The notes beneath the pieces are model-generated. The model did no database searches and was not told the origin of the DNA. It saw nothing but the letters and a program-made list of their open reading frames with translations. DNA of 64,000 bases from Calditrichia bacterium (GTDB lineage: Bacteria > Calditrichota > Calditrichia > JAJRVZ01): assembly GCA_963796965.1 (NCBI GenBank), contig CAWCNS010000006.1:224001-288000 (forward strand). The letters run 5' to 3'. Of the stretch, positions 51,915 through 62,131 are shown piece by piece (position 1 is the first letter of the stretch; each line of letters opens with the position of its first letter). Made by a program: the position numbers and the translations under genes.

Positions 51915-52225
51915 ATTATTCCCTATTTCCAGTTTTAGGATATATTGTGTTTAGTATATACAGTACTAAGAATTTTCAATTATTTCAAGCAGAGGTATGT
52001 TAAATTTTAATATATCAGACCTACGAGAAACAGTGATCTTTCTTCTGTTTCTTATCAGAGAGAGATTAAATATGAAGTTCGATCAGGAACGATGGATAAT
52101 TTCTGGCAAAGATTCTAAACCAGACACCCAATAATGACGGGTTATAATGTGACCAATCCGGTCACGAGTGAACAAAAGTTGAAACTTATAATTCTTTAAA
52201 TAATAGGAAAAACGTGCTTAAAAAA

Positions 52226-54649
52226 TTAGGCGATTTTTATTACAACGACGGTCATGTCATCATGTTGGGGCATATCCTTACTAAAATTCTGGACTGCAGT
52301 CACCAGGATATTTATAAGATCCTGAGCCTTTTTATTGCGATTTTCAGAAATCAGTTTGATAAATCGCTCCTCACCAAATTCATTCCTTTGTGGATTCATA
52401 GCTTCAGTAAAACCATCAGTATAGAAGACCAAAGTATCGCCAGAAGCCAGATGAATGGTATGTTCTTTTAATGTTTGATTAAAAACGGCTCCTTCTTCAA
52501 GACCTAAAGCGATTCCATCGGTATTTAATTCCTGATTACTTCCATCTTTTTGATTTATCATTATCCCTGGATTATGCCCAGCCCGGGCAAATGTTAGGGT
52601 TTTTTCATTAATATCCAAAACAGCATAGAACATCGATACAAATGAATTTTTTTCGATATTCCTATAAAGCAATTTATTTACCTTATTTAGTACAAGACGG
52701 GGTGAAATTGTATCATCCGCATGGCTTTGTAAAAGACCCTTCGTTAATGTCATATAGATTGCCGCAGGAACACCTTTTCCTGATACATCACCTATTGCGA
52801 TTCCAAGTTTTTTGGGCCCTAACGTTACAAAATCAAAGTAATCACCACCAACTTCTTCGGCTGGTAAACAGGCTCCACTTATATCAAATCCAGTAAGAAC
52901 AGGGTTTTGTTTGGGTAATAAACCCATTTGTACATTGCGGGCAATCTCTAGTTCTTTTTTCATCCTCTCCCGTTCGCTTATTCTCCTAATATGGGTCGGT
53001 AATCCTTCATAACTATATTTAAATTGGTCCTTTTTAAAGGAGCTGAGGATTATTTGGAAAACAGGTACGGCAAAAAACAAAATTAGTAGATATAAAGAGA
53101 TTTTATGCCAGTCATTATCCGTCGAAATAAGCGGCATGGAATGAAGAACTAAATTAGCGGCTGCCGTTGCGGCAATTAGAGTAAGTAAATCAAATTTAAA
53201 GTAGAGCCATGCAAAAACAAGTCCCATCATAAAAGCAATAGCTAAATTTAGTGGAATTGATGAAAACAGTAAATAGTCAGAAAATATAGTATAACCAATT
53301 GGCCAGAGAATTGCTGAAACTAGTATCGCTAACCATTTTTTTGAAAATCGATAATATACAACATTAATAACAAAAAACCTGAAGACAATCTCACAGATTA
53401 AAGCCGTCATGATAGATATGATAACCATAGAAACAACAGGGATGAAGTATTGAAAAGTACCGGAAAAAGGAACGGATATTTGGACAATGTCCTTACCCTG
53501 TCCTGTGACATACGCATTAATACCAAGGAAAAACGTAGCAACTGCGAAGCCTATTGCCCCCCCTCTCAGAAGAGATATCCCGGTAGAAGTCGTAAACCAT
53601 CTATTATTTAAAACACTATCAATCGAATTCATCTTTTCTGGCCAGTGACTTCTGGCATACGCCTCTCCAACTGCCCAACTTGTTAACAACAGAATACCAA
53701 TGAATACATTTTTAAGTAAAACTTCATAGACGAAAATGATGATTTGTACATTGATGGCACTCAAATTTCCGATATGAACAGTATTTCCAGCTACCGGAAA
53801 TTCATTAATACTTCGTAGAAGTCCTATTACAAATACGACAATAAACAGGTTACGGCCTAGATTTATAGAAACTTCACCCTCATGATATTTCTTTAAAAAA
53901 AGAATCATTGTAAAGATAAAAATCAATACCAGTCCAATAAATTGAACCATAAAGAGGAATGTGCCTTGCGTCGTTTCTTCGCTTAAAATTCTTTGTTCAG
54001 ACTCAGGTAAATGAAAGAGATATTCGAAACCACCAATTACATTACCCTGAACAAATACCCTGATTACGAAATCCCCCGGTGCAAAATTAGCCGGTTTTTC
54101 CCAAATGAAAGTATAGTCTATACGGTTTGAACGTTTAAATTGCTGAGATCGCCTGAGAATATAATTGTTCAATGGCGTGTCTATGCGATCCGTTAGATAA
54201 ATCTGTGCAAGTCGGGAGGCTTGGTCCTCTGATAATGATTCAATAGTCAATGTATCTGGTAAGATTCGTTGATATCCAACAATTTTACCCTGGGGAGAAA
54301 TGGATACGTAATATTGTGTTTGTGGTTGATCCCTGGGAATATTTTTTATAAATCTTACTTGCCAACGAATATTGGGTAAAATATCTCCACGGACAAGTTC
54401 ATTATATTCAGCTATATCCATTTCACTTTTTAGATATGATAACAGATAGTTAGCAGGATTTCTTGTTGTGGTTGAAAAATAGTCATCAACATTAAACCCG
54501 GTTTCCTTGAGAAATGATGTTGCTTTTTCTTTAGCCTCAACGCGATCTAAAGACTCCGTGACATTTACTCCAATATTTTGTGGGATCCAATATATAATAA
54601 GTACTGAGGCCACTAGGATGACCACCCACCACTTTAAGTGCTTAAGCAT
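52226..54649 (-). CDS. Multi-pass membrane SpoIIE/PP2C-type phosphatase with periplasmic domain
   Basis: ELEIARNVQ, EVGGDYFD, GDVSGKG, ARAGH, YTDG, DDMT; about ten TM helices upstream. Confidence 0.9.
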   Translation of the reverse strand: MLKHLKWWVVILVASVLIIYWIPQNIGVNVTESLDRVEAKEKATSFLKETGFNVDDYFSTTTRNPANYLLSYLKSEMDIAEYNELVRGDILPNIRWQVRFIKNIPRDQPQTQYYVSISPQGKIVGYQRILPDTLTIESLSEDQASRLAQIYLTDRIDTPLNNYILRRSQQFKRSNRIDYTFIWEKPANFAPGDFVIRVFVQGNVIGGFEYLFHLPESEQRILSEETTQGTFLFMVQFIGLVLIFIFTMILFLKKYHEGEVSINLGRNLFIVVFVIGLLRSINEFPVAGNTVHIGNLSAINVQIIIFVYEVLLKNVFIGILLLTSWAVGEAYARSHWPEKMNSIDSVLNNRWFTTSTGISLLRGGAIGFAVATFFLGINAYVTGQGKDIVQISVPFSGTFQYFIPVVSMVIISIMTALICEIVFRFFVINVVYYRFSKKWLAILVSAILWPIGYTIFSDYLLFSSIPLNLAIAFMMGLVFAWLYFKFDLLTLIAATAAANLVLHSMPLISTDNDWHKISLYLLILFFAVPVFQIILSSFKKDQFKYSYEGLPTHIRRISERERMKKELEIARNVQMGLLPKQNPVLTGFDISGACLPAEEVGGDYFDFVTLGPKKLGIAIGDVSGKGVPAAIYMTLTKGLLQSHADDTISPRLVLNKVNKLLYRNIEKNSFVSMFYAVLDINEKTLTFARAGHNPGIMINQKDGSNQELNTDGIALGLEEGAVFNQTLKEHTIHLASGDTLVFYTDGFTEAMNPQRNEFGEERFIKLISENRNKKAQDLINILVTAVQNFSKDMPQHDDMTVVVIKIA

Positions 54650-55092
54650 GAATACTCCTGCATTTCCACCATATAATTTCTTTTAGAATAGACATAAATA
54701 TACCTTTTAAATTCAATTTCTTGCTACTTTTATTTCAATTTGAGTAACATAACTATACTTTAGCCTATTTCAATTATTTTATAAACGAGAATATTAAGAA
54801 AAGGTTGTCTAGAAAAGATATACATCCAGGGATATCTCACCTCTTCTGATATATGTTGGTCTTTGAGATATTTTATAATCTAAAAATCACAGAAAGCGAC
54901 ACGCCCAAAATATAAGGTATTTATAATTGCATTTTAGAGCGGTCCAGCTTACCCACCTATGATATATTATATAACAAAAATTAGTTAAATGAATCTTTTG
55001 AATTAAATAGCCAAAAAGGATACATTGCTCTATATAAGTTCGTTAAATTCATCTAAATCTCGTGAAAGTTCGTGGAAAAATGGGAGGGTAAT

Positions 55093-57118
55093 ATGCATCT
55101 GTTTCTTAATATATCATTAATAATGATTTTTTCATTTTCAGGTAATTTAATAGCCAGCAACTCAATCTCATTCGAAGATTTTTTTACCGTAGACCGTTTG
55201 GGATCTCCAGTTGTTTCAACAGATGGAAAACACATTGCTTTTACTGTAAAAAGAGCTAACATCTCCGAAAACAGCTATTCAACTCAGATCTGGCTGATGG
55301 ACAGCAATGGTTCTAATATTAGACAATTTACTTCTCAGACTTTCTCAAGCACTAATCCTGTCTTTTCAAACGACAACCAATCTGTTTATTTTCTGACGAA
55401 TCGCTCTGGAAACACACAGATATGGAAGAAATCTCTTTCGGGTGGAGAGGCGATACAAGTAACAGACATATATGGTGATCTTGGTGGATTTACTTTTGCT
55501 CCATCAAATGATCAAATGGTAGTTGTTCGTAAAGTTCCACCGGATTGTGTAACGGAAGACTGTATTAAGGATGCCAGTGAGGCAAAGGAGAAAAGTAACG
55601 TTAGGGCCCGGGTTATTGATCATCTCATGTATCGCCATTGGAATGAATGGCTTGAAGGAAAATATTCTCATTTGTTTTTGGTCTCAGCTGAATAATAAAA
55701 CAATAAAAGATCTTACACCGGGTGAATTTCATACTCCAACCATTGCCCTGGGTAGTAGCCATGATTATTGTTTCTCTCCCGACGGCAAAGAAATTGCCTA
55801 TGTTACAAATAAAAAAATCAATTTAGCAACCGGTACAAACAATGATATTTATTTACAGAAAACAATTGGCGGAGAGCCCATTAAGATAAGTCTCAGCCTT
55901 GGGAATGACAATAACATTCAATATTCCCCCGACGGTAAATATATTGCTTATTTGTCAATGGAGAGAGCTGGATTTGAAGCAGATCGGCAGCGGATAATGA
56001 TCTATGACCACAATACAAAAAAAACAAATGAATTAACTGCCGGATTTACTCTCTCGGTCACGGATCTTCGCTGGACACCGGGAGGCCAGGAAATATATTT
56101 TACAACAGAAGAGGCCGGATATAACTCAATATACAAGGTGTCACTGTCTTCAAAAAGAATCGAATCCATATTGATCGGCCATGATATTAAAGGAATTCAA
56201 TTCATTAATGAAAATCAACTGGTATTTATCAAACAAACCGTGCAAATGCCTTATGAAATTTATTTGTACTCTATAAATAATGGAAAGTTAACCCCATTAA
56301 CCCATTTTAATGATAAAATATTAGCAAAATTTGATTTACCTCCTGCACAAGAATTTTGGTTCATCGGCGCAAATGGTGACAGTGTACAGGGATTTATCAT
56401 GAAACCACCTAATTATCAGAAAGGAAATAAATACCCCGCTGTACATATGATCCATGGCGGTCCTCAGGGTATGTGGAGTGATGAATGGCATTTTCGCTGG
56501 AATTACCAGATGTTTGCTGCACCCGGATACGCTGTATTCTTTATTAATTTCCATGGCAGCCGCGGATATGGACAAAAATTTACGGATAGCATTTCTCAAC
56601 ATTGGGGGGATTTGCCATATGAGGATTTGGTTAAAGGAACCGACTATGTTTTAAAAAACTATGATTTTGTTGATCCGGATCGTCTTGCTGCAGCGGGAGC
56701 TTCCTACGGGGGATTCATGGTTAACTGGATTGCCGGGCATGACAATCCCTACAAATGTCTGGTATCCCATGATGGCAGTTACGACCAGAAAAGCATGTGG
56801 GGGGAGACTGAGGAGTTATGGTTTCCTGAGTGGGAGATGGGTGGCTTACCCTGGGATAAAGGTACAACTTATGATAAGTGGTCACCGGCCCGTCTGGCCG
56901 CAAATTTTAAAACACCCATGTTAGTTATCCATGGCGAACACGATTATCGATTGGCCTATACACAAAGTTTACAATTATTCACCGCTCTCCAACGCCAAGG
57001 CGTACCTTCGCGCTTATTATTCTTCCCTGATGAAGATCATTTCGTTCGAAAGCCCTTAAACGCAGAACTTTGGTGGAAAACTGTACATGGCTGGTTGGAA
57101 AAATATTTGAAGAATTAA
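55093..57118 (+). CDS. S9 family peptidase with beta-propeller; indel near 55690
   Basis: Signal peptide, SPDG repeats, IHGGPQ, GASYGG, HGEHDYR, DEDH. Confidence 0.92.
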
Positions 57119-57122
57119 ACCG

Positions 57123-57159
57123 TTTAATCAGGGTTTGTCATCAGCAAACCCTGATTAAA
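57123..57159. terminator. 15-bp perfect hairpin after the peptidase gene
   Basis: TTTAATCAGGGTTTG-tcatcag-CAAACCCTGATTAAA; weak U tract. Confidence 0.6.
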
Positions 57160-57355
57160 TATTTCCCATACTTTACACGTAACTCGCTTTTTCTCCTTGT
57201 TCCTTTAGAGCGCCACAAACTTTTGCTTTTAATTCTAGACATTCCTTCTTGTCATTAATACTTAATGAAAGTTTTGTATCATATTAATGTAATTTGTATA
57301 ATAAATTATTAATTACAAATGGTCTTGAATATATCAACACCCGGAGGATCAGCAT

Positions 57356-58234
57356 ATGAAAAAGTTTACCCGACGCGATTTTATTAAAACTTCCGTCGCA
57401 GGTACCCTCGCTGCTGGAACTGGTTTAATGTGTGAGCCTGCTAAAAAAAATAAACTGGGATTGATAAAACTTGGTAATTCAGGTGTTTCCGTTTCACGAA
57501 TCGCATTTGGTACGGGTACACGTGGTTGGGAGAAAGTATCCGATCAAACCAAATTGGGTATGAAGAAATTTCTTGAACTCGCCGAATATGTTTATGATAA
57601 GGGTATTATCTTTTTTGATGTCGCCGATATTTACGGATCTCACACTTATTTGCGTGAGGTATTAAAAATAATTCCCCGGGACAAAGTGGTTATTATGTCC
57701 AAGATCTGGACTCAGAAATTAGAGTGGATGGAAATTGAGAGTGTACCTAAGGCTTTGGATAGATTTCGAAATGAAATAGGAACAGACTATCTTGATATAG
57801 CTCTCCTTCATTGCAGGGTCTCGCCCAACTGGTTGGAAGAAGATAAAGAGTGGCGTGATGATCTTTCTGAGGCCAAGCAAAAGGGCATAATCAAAACCCA
57901 TGGTGTATCCTGCCATAATCTCGAAGCCCTAAGGGCTTCTGCAGCTAGCAATTGGGTTGAAGTATTGTTGGCCCGCATTAATAATAACGGGGAACGAATG
58001 GATGGCTCTCCAGAAGAGGTTATGCCCGTGTTAAAACAGGCACACGACCGTGGTGCCGGTGTTATTGGTATGAAAATATTTGGATGTGGGAAATTGGTCC
58101 AAGATAACGAGCGACAAAAATCATTAGAATATGTTTGGGGGAGTGGCAATGTTGATTCAATGACCATCGGTATTGAAAATAAGACTCAGGTTGATGACAA
58201 TCTTGCCCGAATTGCTAAAATCCTGCAGGTTTAG
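57356..58234 (+). CDS. Aldo/keto reductase with twin-arginine leader
   Basis: TRRDFIK; FDVADIYG, MSK, LLH, GVSCH, GMK. Confidence 0.85.
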   Translation: MKKFTRRDFIKTSVAGTLAAGTGLMCEPAKKNKLGLIKLGNSGVSVSRIAFGTGTRGWEKVSDQTKLGMKKFLELAEYVYDKGIIFFDVADIYGSHTYLREVLKIIPRDKVVIMSKIWTQKLEWMEIESVPKALDRFRNEIGTDYLDIALLHCRVSPNWLEEDKEWRDDLSEAKQKGIIKTHGVSCHNLEALRASAASNWVEVLLARINNNGERMDGSPEEVMPVLKQAHDRGAGVIGMKIFGCGKLVQDNERQKSLEYVWGSGNVDSMTIGIENKTQVDDNLARIAKILQV

Positions 58235-58384
58235 CAAACGTCGGATTTCATCGAAGACGGGATACAGGATTGACAGTATTAATAGAATTTTAAAAATAAC
58301 TTCATTCTTTTCAAAATAGGTTTTTCCCTTTTTAATATTTATCATATTTTTTCGATTCAAGCAGATACAAATATTATACCAAAT

Positions 58385-58415
58385 AAAAAAGCCAGCTCAT
58401 AAAAAGCTGGCTTTT
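58385..58415 (-). terminator. Terminator of the tRNA cluster (possibly bidirectional)
   Basis: AAAAAAGCCAGCT-cataaaa-AGCTGGCTTTT on the plus strand. Confidence 0.85.
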
Positions 58416-58418
58416 AAG

Positions 58419-58494
58419 TGGCGCTCCCAAGGGGACTCGAACCCCTGTTGCCGGCGTGAAAGGCCGGAGTCCTAGGCCACTAGACGATGGGAGC
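58419..58494 (-). tRNA. tRNA-Glu(TTC)
   Basis: GCTCCCA...CCGGC-CTTTCAC-GCCGG...GTTCGAGTC...TGGGAGCGCCA. Confidence 0.97.
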
Positions 58495-58592
58495 TTTTAT
58501 AAGAAAAAAGAACTCTCTGTCTTGAATTAAGTTGCGTACTAGATTTTTGTCCTCACTCTGTTTTCCTTTGTCTTTTGTCTTATATCTTAGAC

Positions 58593-58670
58593 TGGGGTGA
58601 GTGATGGGAATTGAACCCACGACCTCCTGGGCCACAACCAGGCGCTCTAACCAACTGAGCTACACCCACC
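58593..58670 (-). tRNA. tRNA-His(GTG)
   Basis: GGTGGGTGTAGCTCAG...CCTGG-TTGTGGC-CCAGG...CACTCACCCCA, with G-1. Confidence 0.97.
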
Positions 58671-58684
58671 ATATACTCATTCTG

Positions 58685-58758
58685 TACGCCCTGGAGGATT
58701 CGAACCTCCGACCTACTGCTTAGAAGGCAGTTGCTCTATCCAGCTGAGCTAAGGGCGC
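58685..58758 (-). tRNA. tRNA-Arg(TCT)
   Basis: GCGCCCTTAGCTCAG...ACTGC-CTTCTAA-GCAGT...AGGGCGTA. Confidence 0.96.
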
Positions 58759-58765
58759 AACTATG

Positions 58766-58840
58766 TCGGGGCGAGAGGATTTGAACCTCCGACCCCCTGC
58801 TCCCAAGGCAGGTGCGCTAACCAGACTGCGCTACGCCCCG
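58766..58840 (-). tRNA. tRNA-Pro(TGG)
   Basis: CGGGGCGTAGCGCAG...CCTGC-CTTGGGA-GCAGG...CGCCCCGA. Confidence 0.96.
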
Positions 58841-58876
58841 CACCCTTAAATTCGATATAAAATTATCGAGCCTCTA

Positions 58877-58905
58877 AATTTAAAACCATAAATAGACACT
58901 GTCAA
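58877..58905 (-). promoter_or_regulatory. Sigma70 promoter of the tRNA cluster
   Basis: TTGACA-N17-TAAATT. Confidence 0.7.
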
Positions 58906-59518
58906 GAGCTTTTCAAGATGATTGTATCTAATTTTTTCTTTAACTGAGCCAAAGCTTGGACCGATGGCTTATTTTATTCTTTTCTTTTGCGGGTAATTCT
59001 GCGAAAGTTTTGTCCTTTGGCGGGTACAAAAACAGAGGATCATAGCCAAAACCTTTTTCACCACGTGATTGTCTGAGAATCATACCATCTACTTTACCCT
59101 CTGCCGACACCAGATCCTTGCCGTCATAGTATACGACGACACAAATAAAGTAAGCATAGCGGTCCTTGCCTTCCAAATCTGCCATGTTTCTTAGTAGCAG
59201 GGAATTGTTTTCTTGATAGTTTGCTTCCTCTCCGGCGTACCGGGATGAATAAATACCGGGGTCATTATTCAAGGCCGGAACAACCAAGCCTGAGTCATCA
59301 GCCACTGCAGGAATATTGAGATGCTCATAGTAATGCCTGGCCTTAATTATTGCATTTTCCAGAAAAGTTGAACCTGTTTCAACTGCCTCTGGTAAACCTT
59401 TATGATTTGTCAGAGAGGAAAAAGTGCAATTCTTGTAGGTAAAAATCTTTTCGATTTCCTCCGTTTTATGTTTATTTGTCGTTGCTATTAATATTTCCAA
59501 AAGGGTACCTTTGTTCAT
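58902..59518 (-). CDS. rdgB: Non-canonical purine NTP pyrophosphatase (RdgB/HAM1); indel near the 3' end
   Basis: ATTNKHK, ENAIIKA, ADDSGL, PGIYSSRY, GFGYDP, KNKISHR. Confidence 0.93.
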
Positions 59519-59747
59519 TAAGTAGTAATATTATGAAACATTTACCTCATTTTTATGGTTATATTTGATTAAACGAAATAAATTAAAAGTACTTGATTTA
59601 AAACACATTATCAATTCTGGACATTGGCCATATTATTTATGAGAGCCGGTTAATAATGATATTTATACGTTGATTGGTATACTTCGTAACTAATGTGATT
59701 TTAAATTAATAAAGAGTAAAATCATAAAAAAGACAAATGGATTTAAT

Positions 59748-60836
59748 ATGACTTTTAGAAAATCACCTTTACTCATATGGCTTCTTGCTTTATTTGTTCT
59801 TGTCCTAATCTTCCAGGAGATCCGCTTTTCTTGGGATAAAAAATATCAGGAGGCAATACAGACTAAAATCCTGGGTGAAGTTGATCAGCTAGAGGAGCAA
59901 ATAATTTATCTGGAAAGTGCTCTCGATCAAAGTTTCGTTAATGCTCAAAAAATACCCCATCCATTAACATTTTGCGGTGATACGATAGATCTGGACAACC
60001 GATTTATTCGTGAGCGTGTTGAACGGGAATTTTACAGTTTGTTAGGTAATCAGGGCCAGCTGCAGCTATACATGAAAAGAACAAAAAGATACCTTCCATT
60101 ATTCGAGAAACATCTTAAAGAAGCTGGAATGCCAGATGATCTGAAATATTTGGCTGTCCATGAAAGTGCTCTTATACCAAAAATCAGATCCCGGTCCAGA
60201 GCTGTCGGATTATGGCAATTTATGTATGCTACCGGGCGACTGTACAAACTAAAAATCGATCGTTACATTGATGAGCGCCAAGATCCGGAAAAAGCAACAA
60301 AGGCTGCGATTCGCTTTTTAAGGGATTTATATAAAAAATTTGGAAGCTGGCCTCTCGTATTAGCAGGATATAATGGAGGACAGGGTCGTATTCATCGCAG
60401 TGTAAGAGATCAGAAATCTAAAAATCTGATAGATCTTTCTCTTCCGGAAGAAACTGAACGTTATTTTTTTAAAGTTTTAGCCACAAAAATTATTTTATCT
60501 CAGCCAGAATCTTTTGGATTTAAGTTTGAAGATGATGATTATTTTGATCCTCTTTCGACCATTAAGATAGATTTCAGAGTCACAAAAAGCAAAATCTCAC
60601 TTGAAGAACTTTCCAAATTATTTGAGATGCGTATCGTTGCATTAAAGGAATATAATCCACACATAAGAAATACTTACTTGCCAACAGGTTTATACACATT
60701 TAATCTACCCCAAGAAAATTATGCCATTTATATGGAGAAAAAAGAGTCAAAGAAAATAAATCCGGTAACCGAAAAAGAAAATGCACCAAGTTTTGAAGGT
60801 GCTACAACAGAGGTGATTATACCTGCATTAAAATAA
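59748..60836 (+). CDS. Lytic transglycosylase (MltD-like SLT domain)
   Basis: LKYLAVHES, AVGLWQFM, DERQD, LAGYNGG, ETERY. Confidence 0.9.
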   Translation: MTFRKSPLLIWLLALFVLVLIFQEIRFSWDKKYQEAIQTKILGEVDQLEEQIIYLESALDQSFVNAQKIPHPLTFCGDTIDLDNRFIRERVEREFYSLLGNQGQLQLYMKRTKRYLPLFEKHLKEAGMPDDLKYLAVHESALIPKIRSRSRAVGLWQFMYATGRLYKLKIDRYIDERQDPEKATKAAIRFLRDLYKKFGSWPLVLAGYNGGQGRIHRSVRDQKSKNLIDLSLPEETERYFFKVLATKIILSQPESFGFKFEDDDYFDPLSTIKIDFRVTKSKISLEELSKLFEMRIVALKEYNPHIRNTYLPTGLYTFNLPQENYAIYMEKKESKKINPVTEKENAPSFEGATTEVIIPALK

Positions 60837-60872
60837 AGGGGAGTAAATCTAGGTGGGAGGATTTCCACAATC

Positions 60873-61442
60873 CTAAGTTAATCTTTCCTTCAATACCTTA
60901 TTGAGCATTTCACGTGCTCTGAAGATGCGTGCTTTTACCGTACCTAAAGGTAGATCAAGAATTTCAGCGATTTCCTCATATGATTTTTCATCATTATGTC
61001 TAAGAACAATAGCAGTATAATATTTCTCAGGCAGGGTTTGTATCGCTTCCTGTATCATATTGCTGCGTTCTCTTGCAAGGATTGATTTTTCAGGATTTAA
61101 GTCTGGATCAGGAATTTCATGTTGAATTTCAGAATCTTTATACTGAATAGGCTTGTCAAGTGAGTAGGTTTGTAATTTTCGCTTTCTAAAAAAATCTATA
61201 CAATTATTAGTGGCTATTTTGTACAACCAGGTAGAAAATGCATATTCTTCATTAAAAGAAGCTAGAGAATTAAAGGCTTTGATAAAAGCTTCCTGTGTCA
61301 AATCCTCCGCTTCCTGAACGTCACGTACCATTCGGTAAACAAGATTATATACGGAGTTTTTATATTTCTTTAATAAACCCTCGTAAGCCTTGGCATCACC
61401 AGTTTTTGCTTTATTGATTAATTCGGAATCGTTTTCTTTCAC
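60873..61442 (-). CDS. ECF RNA polymerase sigma factor (SigW-like)
   Basis: AEDLTQEAFIKAF, FSTWLYKIATN, SYEEIA...GTVKARIFRAR; GTG start. Confidence 0.93.
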   Translation of the reverse strand: MKENDSELINKAKTGDAKAYEGLLKKYKNSVYNLVYRMVRDVQEAEDLTQEAFIKAFNSLASFNEEYAFSTWLYKIATNNCIDFFRKRKLQTYSLDKPIQYKDSEIQHEIPDPDLNPEKSILARERSNMIQEAIQTLPEKYYTAIVLRHNDEKSYEEIAEILDLPLGTVKARIFRAREMLNKVLKERLT

Positions 61443-61748
61443 AATATATCACAAACATGTTTTGATTTGTGTACTTGAATCATGATTTATGATTTCGTAT
61501 AATTTTAATATTAAGTAATTATTTGTTAAATATTAAGTTAAATATTTTCAATTACTTTTGTCAAGAGCAAATTCTTTAATGTTCTTTCTTAGCAAGATGT
61601 CATAAATACTAAAATATCTTAAATCATAAACCAATTTAAATTATCTCACACTGAGACGCAAAGACATGTATAAAATATGACTAAAGAAAAAGGGTTGGGT
61701 ATACGGTAATTATAAACGCCAGTTATGCTCAATAGAATTTGAATTTAT

Positions 61749-62129
61749 ATGGCTGTAATTTCTATAGGTGTTGATATATGTGATGTAAACCGAATTCGGA
61801 ATCTCGAAGAAAAACATCATATGAGATTTTTGAAAAAGGTGTTTACGACCACCGAGATTGAATATTGTCTTGGTAAAGTAACCAAATACACCTCATTTGC
61901 TGCACGGTTTGCTGCAAAAGAAGCATTCCTCAAAGCACTCGGCACCGGTTTGAGAACCGGATTGCAATGGAAAGAAATTGAAGTTGAAAATGATGATCTT
62001 GGTAAACCGCATTTGAATCTTTATGGTCAAACGGCTACAAATATTGGTAATCGTAATGTACAATTATCCTTGTCTCATACAGATGACAATGCAATTGCCT
62101 TCGTCATTATTGAAGGAGATCCTTTTTAG
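61749..62129 (+). CDS. acpS: Holo-ACP synthase
   Basis: GVDI, AARFAAKEA.LKALGTG, GKP, SLSH. Confidence 0.95.
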   Translation: MAVISIGVDICDVNRIRNLEEKHHMRFLKKVFTTTEIEYCLGKVTKYTSFAARFAAKEAFLKALGTGLRTGLQWKEIEVENDDLGKPHLNLYGQTATNIGNRNVQLSLSHTDDNAIAFVIIEGDPF

Positions 62130-62131
62130 TT

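Noticed and set aside
52149..52185. GTGACCAATCCGGTCACGAGTGAACAAAAGTTGAAAC resembles a CRISPR repeat (hairpin plus TTGAAAC end)
   Set aside because: I saw only one copy, with no spacers and no cas genes in the window.
54650..55092. Long divergent intergenic region with three TTCAATT repeats and an ATATCTCA/TGAGATAT inverted pair
   Set aside because: Short AT-rich matches with irregular spacing; no convincing structure.
2087..59518. Split genes as pseudogenes or programmed frameshifts
   Set aside because: Breaks are single-base, often in homopolymers, hit essential genes and leave motifs intact, so sequencing error is simpler.
61492..61543. dif-like arms ATTTCGTATAA and TTAAGTTAAAT
   Set aside because: The arms are 30 bp apart rather than 6; this is AT-rich divergent promoter DNA.
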